A stretch of DNA of 64,000 bases from Minisyncoccia bacterium. Lineage in GTDB: Bacteria > Patescibacteriota > Minisyncoccia > Phycocordibacterales > CAJBRS01. Below are positions 18,262-27,424 of this stretch, piece after piece (position 1 is the stretch's first letter; each line of letters opens with the position of its first letter). Under the pieces are notes generated by a model that was not told the DNA's origin, ran no database searches, and saw nothing but the letters and a program-made list of their open reading frames with translations. The DNA lies in the NCBI GenBank assembly GCA_038215155.1, contig JBBQRF010000001.1:54042-118041 (forward strand), in the 5' to 3' direction. The translations under genes were made by a program, and so were the position numbers.

Positions 18262-18826
18262 TCTGGATCTCTTGATTTTCTTCTATCACTTCCTTTGCTT
18301 CTGCCTCCTCTTTAAATTCTGTTAGTTTAGAGATGACATTTTGGTATTCCGGCACTTCCTCAATGCGACTTGCTCCGAGATATGACAAAAGATCAAAGGT
18401 GGGCTTGTATAGGAAACTTCGTTCATCTTTTGGATTGGTTACTTTTTCTACCAGGCCCCTAATAAGCAAATTCCTTAAAATAAACGTAGAATTAACTCCT
18501 CTAATAAAATCTATTCCGCGCCGAGTGATAGGCCCTTTGTATAAAATGACGGAAAGAGTTTCGAGCCCGGCCTTGCCTAAGTCTTTAGTTAATTCCTCTT
18601 TAGTCAAATCCTCTATTAGCTTAGAGTTTTCTGGGGAGGTACCTAACAGTACTTCGTCCTCCTTTCGCATTAATACTAATCCCCTGCCTTTGAGATTATT
18701 TTCTAATGTAGAAAGCGCCGTCTCCACTTCGGCTTGATCCTTTTTTAGAATGTCGGTGAGCCGTTTAATCGAGAGCGGCTCGCCCTTCCAAAACAATATT
18801 GCTTCAATTTTTTGTTCTAAATTCAT
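18254..18826 (-). CDS. scpB: segregation and condensation protein B
   Basis: IEAILFWKGEPLSI and GLETLSVILYKGPITRRGIDFIRG winged-helix repeats. Directly follows scpA. Confidence 0.85.
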   Translation of the reverse strand: MNLEQKIEAILFWKGEPLSIKRLTDILKKDQAEVETALSTLENNLKGRGLVLMRKEDEVLLGTSPENSKLIEDLTKEELTKDLGKAGLETLSVILYKGPITRRGIDFIRGVNSTFILRNLLIRGLVEKVTNPKDERSFLYKPTFDLLSYLGASRIEEVPEYQNVISKLTEFKEEAEAKEVIEENQEIQNE

Positions 18827-19561
18827 TTAATTATATTTTGGGACACTAACATTTTGAGTTTCCATATGAATATCCTCAAAAAGAGCGCTCTGGGTGACAT
18901 CGATAATACCTTGCTTTACTAATTCAAGCATGGCTAGAAAACTAACAATGACGTTTATCTTGTCTTCCTTACTAATTTTTGTAAATTCACGGAAACTCAT
19001 TTTTAATGAATTCTGAATACGTTTAGTGAGGCTATCTATCATTTCCTCTAGGCTAATGACTTTTTCAACGATCTTTTTTGGTAAGATCTCCGTTTTTGGC
19101 AGATTTGCTAAAAGAGACTGCATAGCTATCACCAGAGTTTTCATTGATAGATCATGGGCTGGTGAAAAAACTGGATTTATAATCTTAGATGTGGACTTTG
19201 GGAAAATTATTTTCCTGCCGAAATGTTCTCGTAAACTTGCGGTGGCTTCTCGAAGGATTTTATAAACTCGCAATCTTTCTTGGAGCTCTTCGATACTCAT
19301 TTCTTCTTCTTCTGAAAGATTGAGGGCCGGCAATAAAGATTTGGATTTAATTAGCACTAAAGTGGAGGCAATTAAAATGAAATTAGCGCTGTCCGGAATA
19401 GAAAATTGAGGTAATTTCTTCAGATACTCCAAATAATCATCAGTCACTTTGGCCAGGGAGATATCGTTAATCAAGAACTTGCGCTTCTCAATTAAGCTCA
19501 ACAGAAGATCTAAAGGGCCTTCAAATTGTTCGGTTTTAATGGCAAAAGCAGTTTTTTCCAC
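18827..19561 (-). CDS. scpA: segregation and condensation protein A
   Basis: N-terminal FEGPLDLLLSLIEKRK motif and C-terminal winged helix (FLAMLELVKQG). Confidence 0.85.
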   Translation of the reverse strand: MEKTAFAIKTEQFEGPLDLLLSLIEKRKFLINDISLAKVTDDYLEYLKKLPQFSIPDSANFILIASTLVLIKSKSLLPALNLSEEEEMSIEELQERLRVYKILREATASLREHFGRKIIFPKSTSKIINPVFSPAHDLSMKTLVIAMQSLLANLPKTEILPKKIVEKVISLEEMIDSLTKRIQNSLKMSFREFTKISKEDKINVIVSFLAMLELVKQGIIDVTQSALFEDIHMETQNVSVPKYN

Positions 19562-19579
19562 AAGCTAATTATATAGTAG

Positions 19580-19610
19580 AAATAGGGGCGGGCGAAGCCC
19601 GCCCCTATTT
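19580..19610 (-). terminator. rho-independent terminator after the ABC exporter
   Basis: aaataggggcgggc / gcccgcccctattt (14-bp stem, gaa loop), 2 nt after the stop at 19612. The T-run is part of the 3' arm. Confidence 0.75.
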
Positions 19611-19611
19611 C

Positions 19612-21429
19612 TTAATCTTCTGCCTCTTCCTCCTCAATTGCTTTATCCTCCGAATCGGTAACGATAAAACCACCGGCCTGTAAATTCCATAGCTTCTGAT
19701 AAAGTCCGCCATCATTTTGGAGTAATGTCTGATGAGTCCCTTCTTCTACAATTTTGCCATTTTCTACTACTACGATTCTATCCATCTTTTGGATAGTGGA
19801 GAGTCTGTGAGCGATGACAATAACTGTTTTTCCTATCATTAATTTATCCAATGCATCTTGAATTAATTGTTCTGAATGTGAATCAAGACTTGATGTGGCT
19901 TCATCGAGTACCAAGATCGGTGCATTCTTAAGAATAGCGCGAGCAATGGCCACCCGTTGACGTTCTCCTCCTGAAAGTTTAATTCCTCGCTCCCCTACGT
20001 AAGTTTCATATTTTTTCGGCAAGCTCTCAATGAACTCATCGCAATGAGCGAGGCGAGCCGCCGCAATAACCTCGTCATCGGAGGCATCCCGACGGCCATA
20101 CCTAATATTTTCCATTAGAGTTCGATGAAAAAGGATTGGATCTTGCGGTACTAAACTAATATTTTTATGCAGACTTTGCTGAGTGACGGTCTGAATATTT
20201 TGCTCATCCACAATAATTTCTCCTTCTTTAACATTATAAAGACGGAGCAACAGTCGAACAAAGGTAGATTTCCCTGCACCGGACGGGCCGATCAAGGCCA
20301 CTTTTTCGCCGCTCACAATCTTTAGATTAACCTCATCCAACACCTTTCTGTTCTCATTAAAACTGAAAGATAAATTTTTAAATTCTACTTCCCCTTTAGT
20401 AACAGTTAGCTCCTTTGCCTGCGGCGCATCCTGAATTTCTTGGGGTAATTCTAAAATTTCCACCATTTCCTTAGCATCAGCAAAGGCTTGATAGAAATCC
20501 TTTACAACGCTACTAAAGCTCCATAATCGATAACCTAGCCCTAGGACGTAGGTCTCAAATAAAACAAATGTTCCCAAGCTAATCTGACCGTTGGCCCATA
20601 GCCGAATGGAAAAATAAAAAATAAAAAACTCCATGAAAACAATAAACAGCATTTGAATTGCGTTCATCGTGTCATCTAAAGTGGCGACAAATAGACCAAT
20701 CTTCTGCTGATCATTGGTAACGCTTTTAAATCGATCATCTTCAAAACGCTCGCCGGTGAAAAGCTGGATTGTGTTGTGGTTAGTGATATTGTCGGAGAGC
20801 ACTGCCGATGATCGAGTATCTGCCTCCGCTTTTTGCAGATCATATTTTAATTTAAATCGAGCAAAGAAGTAATTAAAATTTAAAAATAAAATCATCCAAA
20901 TAATAATGACCCATCCAATAGTGTGGTTAATACTGAAGACAATTATAATAGTTCCGACAATACGAATACTGATTGGCAAGAGATTGAAAGTAATTCGATC
21001 CACTAGCCGCTCAAAGGCTCGAGCGTACCTACCAATTTTTTGCGTTAACGAACCGGTGAAATTATTGGCAAAAAAAGTGTATGAATGACGAATTAAATAC
21101 TCAAAGGCATTTTGTCGAAGAAGAGTTGATCCTTTAGTTTGGAAGCGGTCTATGGAAAATTGACCGTATTGCGAAAAGAGCCAATCCAATAAATTCAACA
21201 ATAGAATTATGAGAATGATCTTAGAAAGAAGAGGTACGGCGGCTAATCTGTCCGGAGAGCCATCAAGAATATTAAAGAAGTTTCTGTATTGGAGTGGAAT
21301 GAATAAGGCAATGATGGTTGGTAGAATGCCTCCTAAAATCGTTGAGACAAACCAAAAAGGCAAGCTCTTCACTACCTGCCAATACGAGCCTATCACCTGC
21401 TTTATTCCTATTTTGGGGTATTTAGTCAT
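19612..21429 (-). CDS. ABC exporter, fused permease/ATPase (MsbA-like type I)
   Basis: Six-TM N-terminal domain, Walker A GPSGAGKST, signature LSGGERQR, Walker B LVLDEATS. Confidence 0.9.
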   Translation of the reverse strand: MTKYPKIGIKQVIGSYWQVVKSLPFWFVSTILGGILPTIIALFIPLQYRNFFNILDGSPDRLAAVPLLSKIILIILLLNLLDWLFSQYGQFSIDRFQTKGSTLLRQNAFEYLIRHSYTFFANNFTGSLTQKIGRYARAFERLVDRITFNLLPISIRIVGTIIIVFSINHTIGWVIIIWMILFLNFNYFFARFKLKYDLQKAEADTRSSAVLSDNITNHNTIQLFTGERFEDDRFKSVTNDQQKIGLFVATLDDTMNAIQMLFIVFMEFFIFYFSIRLWANGQISLGTFVLFETYVLGLGYRLWSFSSVVKDFYQAFADAKEMVEILELPQEIQDAPQAKELTVTKGEVEFKNLSFSFNENRKVLDEVNLKIVSGEKVALIGPSGAGKSTFVRLLLRLYNVKEGEIIVDEQNIQTVTQQSLHKNISLVPQDPILFHRTLMENIRYGRRDASDDEVIAAARLAHCDEFIESLPKKYETYVGERGIKLSGGERQRVAIARAILKNAPILVLDEATSSLDSHSEQLIQDALDKLMIGKTVIVIAHRLSTIQKMDRIVVVENGKIVEEGTHQTLLQNDGGLYQKLWNLQAGGFIVTDSEDKAIEEEEAED

Positions 21430-21507
21430 TCTAAAGACAAAGAAAACCAGGGCATTGCCTGGATTTAATTTAGCTTAACACTGAAAGGAGGTTAAATCAA
21501 AAGCTAT

Positions 21508-22899
21508 TTATTTTTTGCGAATATCAATACCGAGCTCTTTTAATTGATCATTTGACACCTCGCTCGGCGAATTCATCATTAAATCCCTACCTTCTCCAGT
21601 TTTAGGAAAAGCAATAACTTCACGAATGTTTGGTTCGTTTTCTAGAATCATCATTAAGCGGTCGAAGCCCCAAGCAATGCCGCCATGAGGTGGAGTGCCC
21701 ATGCGAAAGGCTTGGAGCATATGACCAAAGTTCTTTTCCACGCTAGCACTGTCGTATCCCATAATTTCAAAGACGGAGATTAGGGCGGCGGCATTATGAT
21801 TGCGGATACTGCCGCCGCCAATCTCGTATCCGTTAAGCACTACGTCATATTGTGAAGTTAGAATTTCACCGATATTTTCTTTATTTTTTAGCCATTCTTG
21901 ATGCTCTTCTCTGGCTCCGGAAAATGGATTGTGAGTGAATGTCCAACCACCATTGTCAGTCTTCTCAAAAAATGGAAAATCAATGACCCAACAAAAAGCT
22001 AGCAGATTCTTGTCCTCTTTATCTTTTCGTAAATCAGGTCGGTCAGTCTGGTATTTTTCCATAGCTTCCTTATATGTAATTCGGGGAAAAGGAATTTCTT
22101 GAATGCGTTTTTCCGGATAATTATTTTTCACTACCTCTACCAAAATATCTTCATTTAAAGCCATCACATCTTTCTGTTTTACAAAACTCATCTCCAAATC
22201 AAGTTGGGTAAATTCCGGCTGCCGATCCCCCCGAGTATCTTCATCCCGCATACATTTAGCAAATTGAAAATATCGCTCGATTCCCGCCGCCATTAATAGT
22301 TGTTTGTATTGTTGCGGTGATTGCGGTAGAGCATAGAAATGGCCTGGGTCTGAGCGTGAAGGCACAATATAATCGCGAGCGCCTTCGGGTGTAGATTTAG
22401 TCAGAATAGGCGTTTCAATCTCAGTAAAATTTTTAGCGGCTAGGTAATCTCGAATAAATTTAATGATCTTGTGCCGGTTGCGAATATTTTTCTGCATCCT
22501 CGGCCGGCGCAAATCAAGGTAGCGGTATTTCAAGCGATTTTCCTCCCCTATTTCATGACCGTCGCTCCCCACGTCAATCGGTGGAGTCTCTGCTTCGTTT
22601 AATACAGTAATAGAAAGGATTTCTAGCTCAATGTCCCCGTTTTGTTTTTCCGCTTGAATATTTTTCTCCGGTCGCGGATTAACTTTTCCGAGAACCTCCA
22701 CTACCCATTCAGACCGAACCTTCTCGCCGATTTCGTGCGCTTCACTTTTTGGCAAAATAACTCCCTGAACATAGCCAGTCATGTCTCGGAAATCTAAAAA
22801 TATTAATTTGCCCTGATCACGACGAATATCAACCCATCCGCTAATGGAAACTTCCTTACCGATATTCTCTTTTAAATCTTTAATGAAAATTCGTGTCAT
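21508..22899 (-). CDS. aspS: aspartate--tRNA ligase (bacterial type, lacking the insertion domain)
   Basis: OB-fold N-terminus. Class-II motifs FYALPQSPQQYKQLLM, QFAKCMRDED, GGGSIR, and C-terminal AFPK. Confidence 0.9.
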   Translation of the reverse strand: MTRIFIKDLKENIGKEVSISGWVDIRRDQGKLIFLDFRDMTGYVQGVILPKSEAHEIGEKVRSEWVVEVLGKVNPRPEKNIQAEKQNGDIELEILSITVLNEAETPPIDVGSDGHEIGEENRLKYRYLDLRRPRMQKNIRNRHKIIKFIRDYLAAKNFTEIETPILTKSTPEGARDYIVPSRSDPGHFYALPQSPQQYKQLLMAAGIERYFQFAKCMRDEDTRGDRQPEFTQLDLEMSFVKQKDVMALNEDILVEVVKNNYPEKRIQEIPFPRITYKEAMEKYQTDRPDLRKDKEDKNLLAFCWVIDFPFFEKTDNGGWTFTHNPFSGAREEHQEWLKNKENIGEILTSQYDVVLNGYEIGGGSIRNHNAAALISVFEIMGYDSASVEKNFGHMLQAFRMGTPPHGGIAWGFDRLMMILENEPNIREVIAFPKTGEGRDLMMNSPSEVSNDQLKELGIDIRKK

Positions 22900-23856
22900 T
22901 TAATATAATTTTACACCGACCCTGTCGCGAACGAGTTCCATCTTGGCTTTCGCTCGTTCGCGAGCTTTTTCTCCACCCGCTCTTAATATTTCTAATACTT
23001 CTTCTTTGCGACTCTCCCAATTTTGCCGCTTTTCTCTTAGTGGACTAACGAAAACAATAATATCATTAGCCAGAGCTTCCTTAAGAATCTGGTACTTTCC
23101 TTTATTTTGCGAGTAAAGGGCGTCGAGCTCGGCATTTGGTTTAAATAAATTATGAATGGCTCGAACATTCACGGGCACATCAGTGCCTGAGTCAGTAACA
23201 ATACTCATTACAGATTTTCGGACTTCCTCGTCAGAGGCAAAAAGTGGAATGGTATTATTGTAACTCTTGCTCATTTTCTCTCCATCAATTCCTGGCACCG
23301 TTTGCACCGCCGCTAAAATGAGCGGCTCAGGAAGCTTAAAAGTCTGGCCAAATATTCGATTAAATTTCTCTGCTGTGTCTCGCGCATATTCAACGTGCTG
23401 TTTTTGATCGCTTCCCACTGGCACAATATCTGGATCATAAATTAAGATATCGGTGGCCATGAGCATTGGGTAGTTAAAAGTGCCAACACTTACTTCCTTG
23501 TCCTTAGCGATGGCATCCTTGTATGCGTGGGCGCGCTGAAGGTACGGCATGGTAGTAATAGTGTCAAAAATCCAAGTGAGCTCAGTGTGCTCCGAGATAT
23601 CAGATTGCTTAAAGAGAGTGACTTTGGTGGGATCGAGCCCAATAGCTAAATAATCCAGCATTATTCCAAGGATATTTTCTCGCATTTCTTCGGCATTTTG
23701 AATGAAGTTTAAAGCGTGATAATCAGCAATCATGACAAAACACTCATACTGATCCTGCATTTCCACAAATTGGCGCATGGCCCCGAAGTAATTACCAATA
23801 TGAGGGCGGCCGGTCGGTTTTACACCGGAGAGCATAATTTTCTTTTCAGCAGACAT
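22900..23856 (-). CDS. trpS: tryptophan--tRNA ligase
   Basis: SGVKPTGRPHIGNYFGA (HIGH-type) and KMSKS. About 318 aa, typical of TrpRS. Confidence 0.9.
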   Translation of the reverse strand: MSAEKKIMLSGVKPTGRPHIGNYFGAMRQFVEMQDQYECFVMIADYHALNFIQNAEEMRENILGIMLDYLAIGLDPTKVTLFKQSDISEHTELTWIFDTITTMPYLQRAHAYKDAIAKDKEVSVGTFNYPMLMATDILIYDPDIVPVGSDQKQHVEYARDTAEKFNRIFGQTFKLPEPLILAAVQTVPGIDGEKMSKSYNNTIPLFASDEEVRKSVMSIVTDSGTDVPVNVRAIHNLFKPNAELDALYSQNKGKYQILKEALANDIIVFVSPLREKRQNWESRKEEVLEILRAGGEKARERAKAKMELVRDRVGVKLY

Positions 23857-23983
23857 TACTAAAATAATAGCAAAAAGCAGACGGTTTTAGAAATTCCAGC
23901 ATGTATGACTAAGAGAGATGAAGGCTGCCTAACTATACTTACCAAAACAATCTACACAAGAAATATAATGTTAATATATTAAT

Positions 23984-24559
23984 ATGGCATTATTTTTTAT
24001 TATCCCAGGATATGGCGAAAGTCCCAATGGCAAGGCGTATCGAAAAATTGCCTTGGCTGCTAAAAAGAAAGGTCATATCCCTGTGCCAATTGAAGTAGAT
24101 TGGAGAAAAAACAAATCAATGTCTTTGTATGTTAAAGAGACTAAGCAAAAAATTCGAACATCCTTAAAAAATCAAAAAGACAAAGATATTCAAATTCTCG
24201 GGTTTTCTTTTGGGGCCTATATAGCGGCTCTATTGACTCGTAAGTATTACTTTCAAAAAATATATTTTTGTTCGATGTCACCCTACTTTAAGGATGACTT
24301 TTCTGCAATTCCAACCGAGTGGAAAAAAAAATTAGGTAAAAAAATGCTACAAAGTCTGCAAAAATACAAATTTCCAACAACTTCAAAATGCTCCGCGGTA
24401 TTTCTGGTGGGCAAAAAAGAACCTCCTATTTCAATCAATCGATTTCACAAATCTTACAGACAATGGAGAGGAAGAAAGAAAAAATTTATTATCGAAAAGT
24501 CTGATCATGATATTGGCAATGCTGCATATTTAAAAAAAGTTTTGGAGGTAATAAATTAA
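23984..24559 (+). CDS. small alpha/beta-hydrolase-like protein
   Basis: GFSFGA nucleophile elbow (GxSxG) and C-terminal SDHD. 191 aa. Confidence 0.5.
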   Translation: MALFFIIPGYGESPNGKAYRKIALAAKKKGHIPVPIEVDWRKNKSMSLYVKETKQKIRTSLKNQKDKDIQILGFSFGAYIAALLTRKYYFQKIYFCSMSPYFKDDFSAIPTEWKKKLGKKMLQSLQKYKFPTTSKCSAVFLVGKKEPPISINRFHKSYRQWRGRKKKFIIEKSDHDIGNAAYLKKVLEVIN

Positions 24560-24582
24560 AAAAGCACCTAAACATTAGATGC

Positions 24583-25533
24583 TCACTCTTTTACTTTATC
24601 TTGCAATAGAGATAGATGAAATTTGGTGATTTCATCACCTCGCTTCTGGTTAAAAAATCCATACCAGTCGCCGCAAGGATTGAAGTCAATCAAAATCAGC
24701 TGTCCTTCTTTGGTTAGCAGAAATTCAGGACTAGCAAAAGATAGGTTTAGCTTTTTAAGCAAGATTTTGCATGCATCCTTCACACTGGTCGCAAGCTGAA
24801 AATTCTTCCAATTAAGTCTGTCGAACTTCTTTGTGGAGGCATTTCTTTTTTGTATTTTACTTAATACGCTCGCGCAGACTGCCCAACACTTATCTTCGGT
24901 AATGTGAGTCCTGACGTGATAAGAAGTATCAATCAGTTCCTGCCACTGCCACAGCAACCCATCCTCAACTATTTTCGGATTCAGGATACATTCACGTGTA
25001 ATCGTGACTTCCTTCGAGTAGCTTCTCTTATTGGAAATCATGAAAGAATGTCCCAGACTTTTTTTACACAGAATTGTAGGGGACAATCGAGTTGGAGGTA
25101 ACATTCCATTAATGCAAAATGAGGGGACCAGTAATCCACTTTTCTGAGCTTGATCCAGTAGGAATATCTTCGAATCTCCATTGGAAATGCGTTGGGGTGT
25201 TCCTGGAAACCATTGGTTCGGGAACAACCTACCTAATTCCTCTAGAAATTGACCCAGAACATACCTATAAACTTGAGGAAACGAGTATTTGGAATTAAGC
25301 ATTAAAGCGCTATCGGCTCGAATTGGAGCTGATGCGTAAAAAATCGGTCGATTTATAGGTCGCAGCTGATAATAGCAGACTGTCTTTTTATCGACATATC
25401 CAAAGGATAATTCACCTCGGATCGAGTGAATATCTATAATATGGATTGGCAAACCAAAATGTGGAGCTAATCTTTGAAGAGCGACCAAGTGTGGATCCAC
25501 CGAACTAACCCGACTCGATATGACAAAGATCAT
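24583..25533 (-). CDS. ATP-grasp protein resembling RiPP (graspetide, MdnC/MvdD-type) maturases
   Basis: Three features resemble MdnC as I remember it: the N-terminal MIFVISS...D start, a central K..LLDQAQKSGLLVP segment, and C-terminal LNLSFASPEFLLTKEGQLILIDFNPCGDWYGF (compare MdnC LNYGAIDMIVTPDERYIFLEINPVGEFFWLE). An HMM search is needed to confirm. Confidence 0.55.
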   Translation of the reverse strand: MIFVISSRVSSVDPHLVALQRLAPHFGLPIHIIDIHSIRGELSFGYVDKKTVCYYQLRPINRPIFYASAPIRADSALMLNSKYSFPQVYRYVLGQFLEELGRLFPNQWFPGTPQRISNGDSKIFLLDQAQKSGLLVPSFCINGMLPPTRLSPTILCKKSLGHSFMISNKRSYSKEVTITRECILNPKIVEDGLLWQWQELIDTSYHVRTHITEDKCWAVCASVLSKIQKRNASTKKFDRLNWKNFQLATSVKDACKILLKKLNLSFASPEFLLTKEGQLILIDFNPCGDWYGFFNQKRGDEITKFHLSLLQDKVKE

Positions 25534-25553
25534 AAATTTCCTTCCTAAGGAGG

Positions 25554-25589
25554 TAAAAAAAGAAGCGTAGAGACTAGCCCTACGCTTCT
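25554..25589 (-). terminator. hairpin plus T8 between the 39-aa ORF and the ATP-grasp gene
   Basis: On the minus strand: agaagcgtag, 9-nt loop, ctacgcttct, then TTTTTTTT. It ends 20 nt before the ATP-grasp ATG, so ATP-grasp expression needs read-through. Confidence 0.7.
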
Positions 25590-25594
25590 CTAAT

Positions 25595-25714
25595 TTAGCC
25601 GCAAAAATGCTTGGTGGGGCGTCGAACTTTCTTGCTCATCTCTTGGATGAGTTGCTCCTTCGAGCCTTCCAACACTCCTAACTTCCGCATTTTTCTGCAC
25701 ATGAGCTTTTTCAT
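25595..25714 (-). CDS. unannotated 39-aa ORF (candidate precursor peptide)
   Basis: My translation: MKKLMCRKMRKLGVLEGSKEQLIQEMSKKVRRPTKHFCG. GGAGGT lies 3-4 nt before the ATG. It sits between the kinase stop and the ATP-grasp gene and is followed by a terminator hairpin. Confidence 0.45.
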   Translation of the reverse strand: MKKLMCRKMRKLGVLEGSKEQLIQEMSKKVRRPTKHFCG

Positions 25715-25810
25715 GATACCTCCGTGTTTTTTATTTTAAGAACAGCTCAGCACACGCTGGATGCTCTAAAAGTAGATTACTTAATGGATTATTTTTGTCA
25801 ATGGAAGTCC

Positions 25811-27409
25811 TTATGCTGCTGGCAGTTCTACCCAAAATGTAGATCCTTTCCCGGTTCCTTCTGATTCTGCCCAAATGCGGCCTTTGTGAGCTTCCACAAT
25901 TTCCTTGGCGATGAAGAGGCCGTAGCCGGTGCTGTTGACGTTGACCTTGGTGGATTCTTTGCCACGACCACCTTCAGTAAAGAGCCGTTTCTTATCTTCT
26001 TCGGTAATGCCCACACCCGTGTCTTTTATACTAAAAAATATTTTCCCATCTTTTTTAGCCAATGAGATTTTCAAGCCACCCTTCAGGGTGTATTTAATAG
26101 AGTTATCAATCAGATTCCCCACGACATGTTGACTGAGTTGATCTCGATCGCCAATGGTGGTGAAATCGACATCTCCCGGAATAATAGTCTCCAATGTCAG
26201 ATTTTTATTTCGAGCCTCCTTTGTGTGTCCCTCAATCTGATCAACGACTACTTTTCGGAAATCAAAAGACTCTCGTTTATATGTAACTGTTCCCTTCTTT
26301 AAGTTAGCGGCGCTTAAGATACTCATTACTGTCTCTACTCCCTCCTGATTATCTCTAAGCCCTTCTTTGGCGACAGATTTAATAGAATCAGGAGTCTCAC
26401 CAAAATCCCCTTCAAGTATTCCAGCAAAAGCAGCCTTACTCTTGGTCAAGTATCCCTTGATTTGATGGCTGACGAAATGAATCAGACCTTCCTGGCGGTC
26501 ATTGGCAAGTTGTAATTCACTGGCCAAATGTTCAATCTTCTCGCGCTGCTCTACCTCGCGCAAAACTCCTCGAATGAGATTGATTCCAAAAATTAAAACT
26601 AAAATAAAAATACTGCTTCGAAATATAATTAATGAAGCAGTATTGGCAAAGATTATTTCGATAAAACTTACGAGAGCTAAGAAAAAAGTAATTATTGCAG
26701 TGCTAACCACTTTTACATTAAATAAATGATGTCGAGCTATGGCATAGGCGGTAAAAAGAACAAATGGAAAAACGAAAAGGGCGCTCAGGGGTATGAACCT
26801 TGTGTTGTTTAATAGCGTAGGAAAAATTAAATTAAAAACAATTATCAAAGTAAACATGATGCTCACGCCCGAAAGCAAAAGAGTAAATTGTTTTCTTTCG
26901 ATTCCGCCTGCTATACCTCTTTTTTTTACCATTAAGAAAATCCCGTTTCCTACTAAAGACACTGCTAATATTACAAACAACAAAATACCGGGTGCTGCTA
27001 TGGGTTGCGACACAGTGCCTAATGGTGCCGCTTTAATACCAGAATAGACAAAAGGAGTCAACGTTAACAAAGCAGTGCCCAAAACAGCGAGCTTTAAATG
27101 TCTTCTATATTTAGAGGTAAATGTAAACGTGGTGTTAGGAAAGACAGACATAAGCTTATAAAAAAAATATGCCTGAAAAATAGCAAAAAATAACACTAAT
27201 TTAATCAGAAACAAGACTAATGAAATATTGGCAACTTGGTAGTTTAAATAACTTACGACTCCCCATAACATAGTGCTAACAGAAAAACCCAAAAAGTATT
27301 TATTTGTGATGCTTTTTGGGTTACTAAAATAAATTACCGAGCCCAAAATTCCCGTACTTGCAACGACAAAACCAACAGACAAAAGATCAAAATTATGGAA
27401 CGAAGACAT
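25811..27409 (-). CDS. sensor histidine kinase with a polytopic N-terminal domain
   Basis: About 8 TM helices, then a coiled coil, an H-box (FVSHQIKGYL) and HATPase_c N/G boxes (NLIDNSIKYT, DTGVGI, GYGLFIAKEIV). Confidence 0.85.
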   Translation of the reverse strand: MSSFHNFDLLSVGFVVASTGILGSVIYFSNPKSITNKYFLGFSVSTMLWGVVSYLNYQVANISLVLFLIKLVLFFAIFQAYFFYKLMSVFPNTTFTFTSKYRRHLKLAVLGTALLTLTPFVYSGIKAAPLGTVSQPIAAPGILLFVILAVSLVGNGIFLMVKKRGIAGGIERKQFTLLLSGVSIMFTLIIVFNLIFPTLLNNTRFIPLSALFVFPFVLFTAYAIARHHLFNVKVVSTAIITFFLALVSFIEIIFANTASLIIFRSSIFILVLIFGINLIRGVLREVEQREKIEHLASELQLANDRQEGLIHFVSHQIKGYLTKSKAAFAGILEGDFGETPDSIKSVAKEGLRDNQEGVETVMSILSAANLKKGTVTYKRESFDFRKVVVDQIEGHTKEARNKNLTLETIIPGDVDFTTIGDRDQLSQHVVGNLIDNSIKYTLKGGLKISLAKKDGKIFFSIKDTGVGITEEDKKRLFTEGGRGKESTKVNVNSTGYGLFIAKEIVEAHKGRIWAESEGTGKGSTFWVELPAA

Positions 27410-27424
27410 TTGTGTAAAATTATA

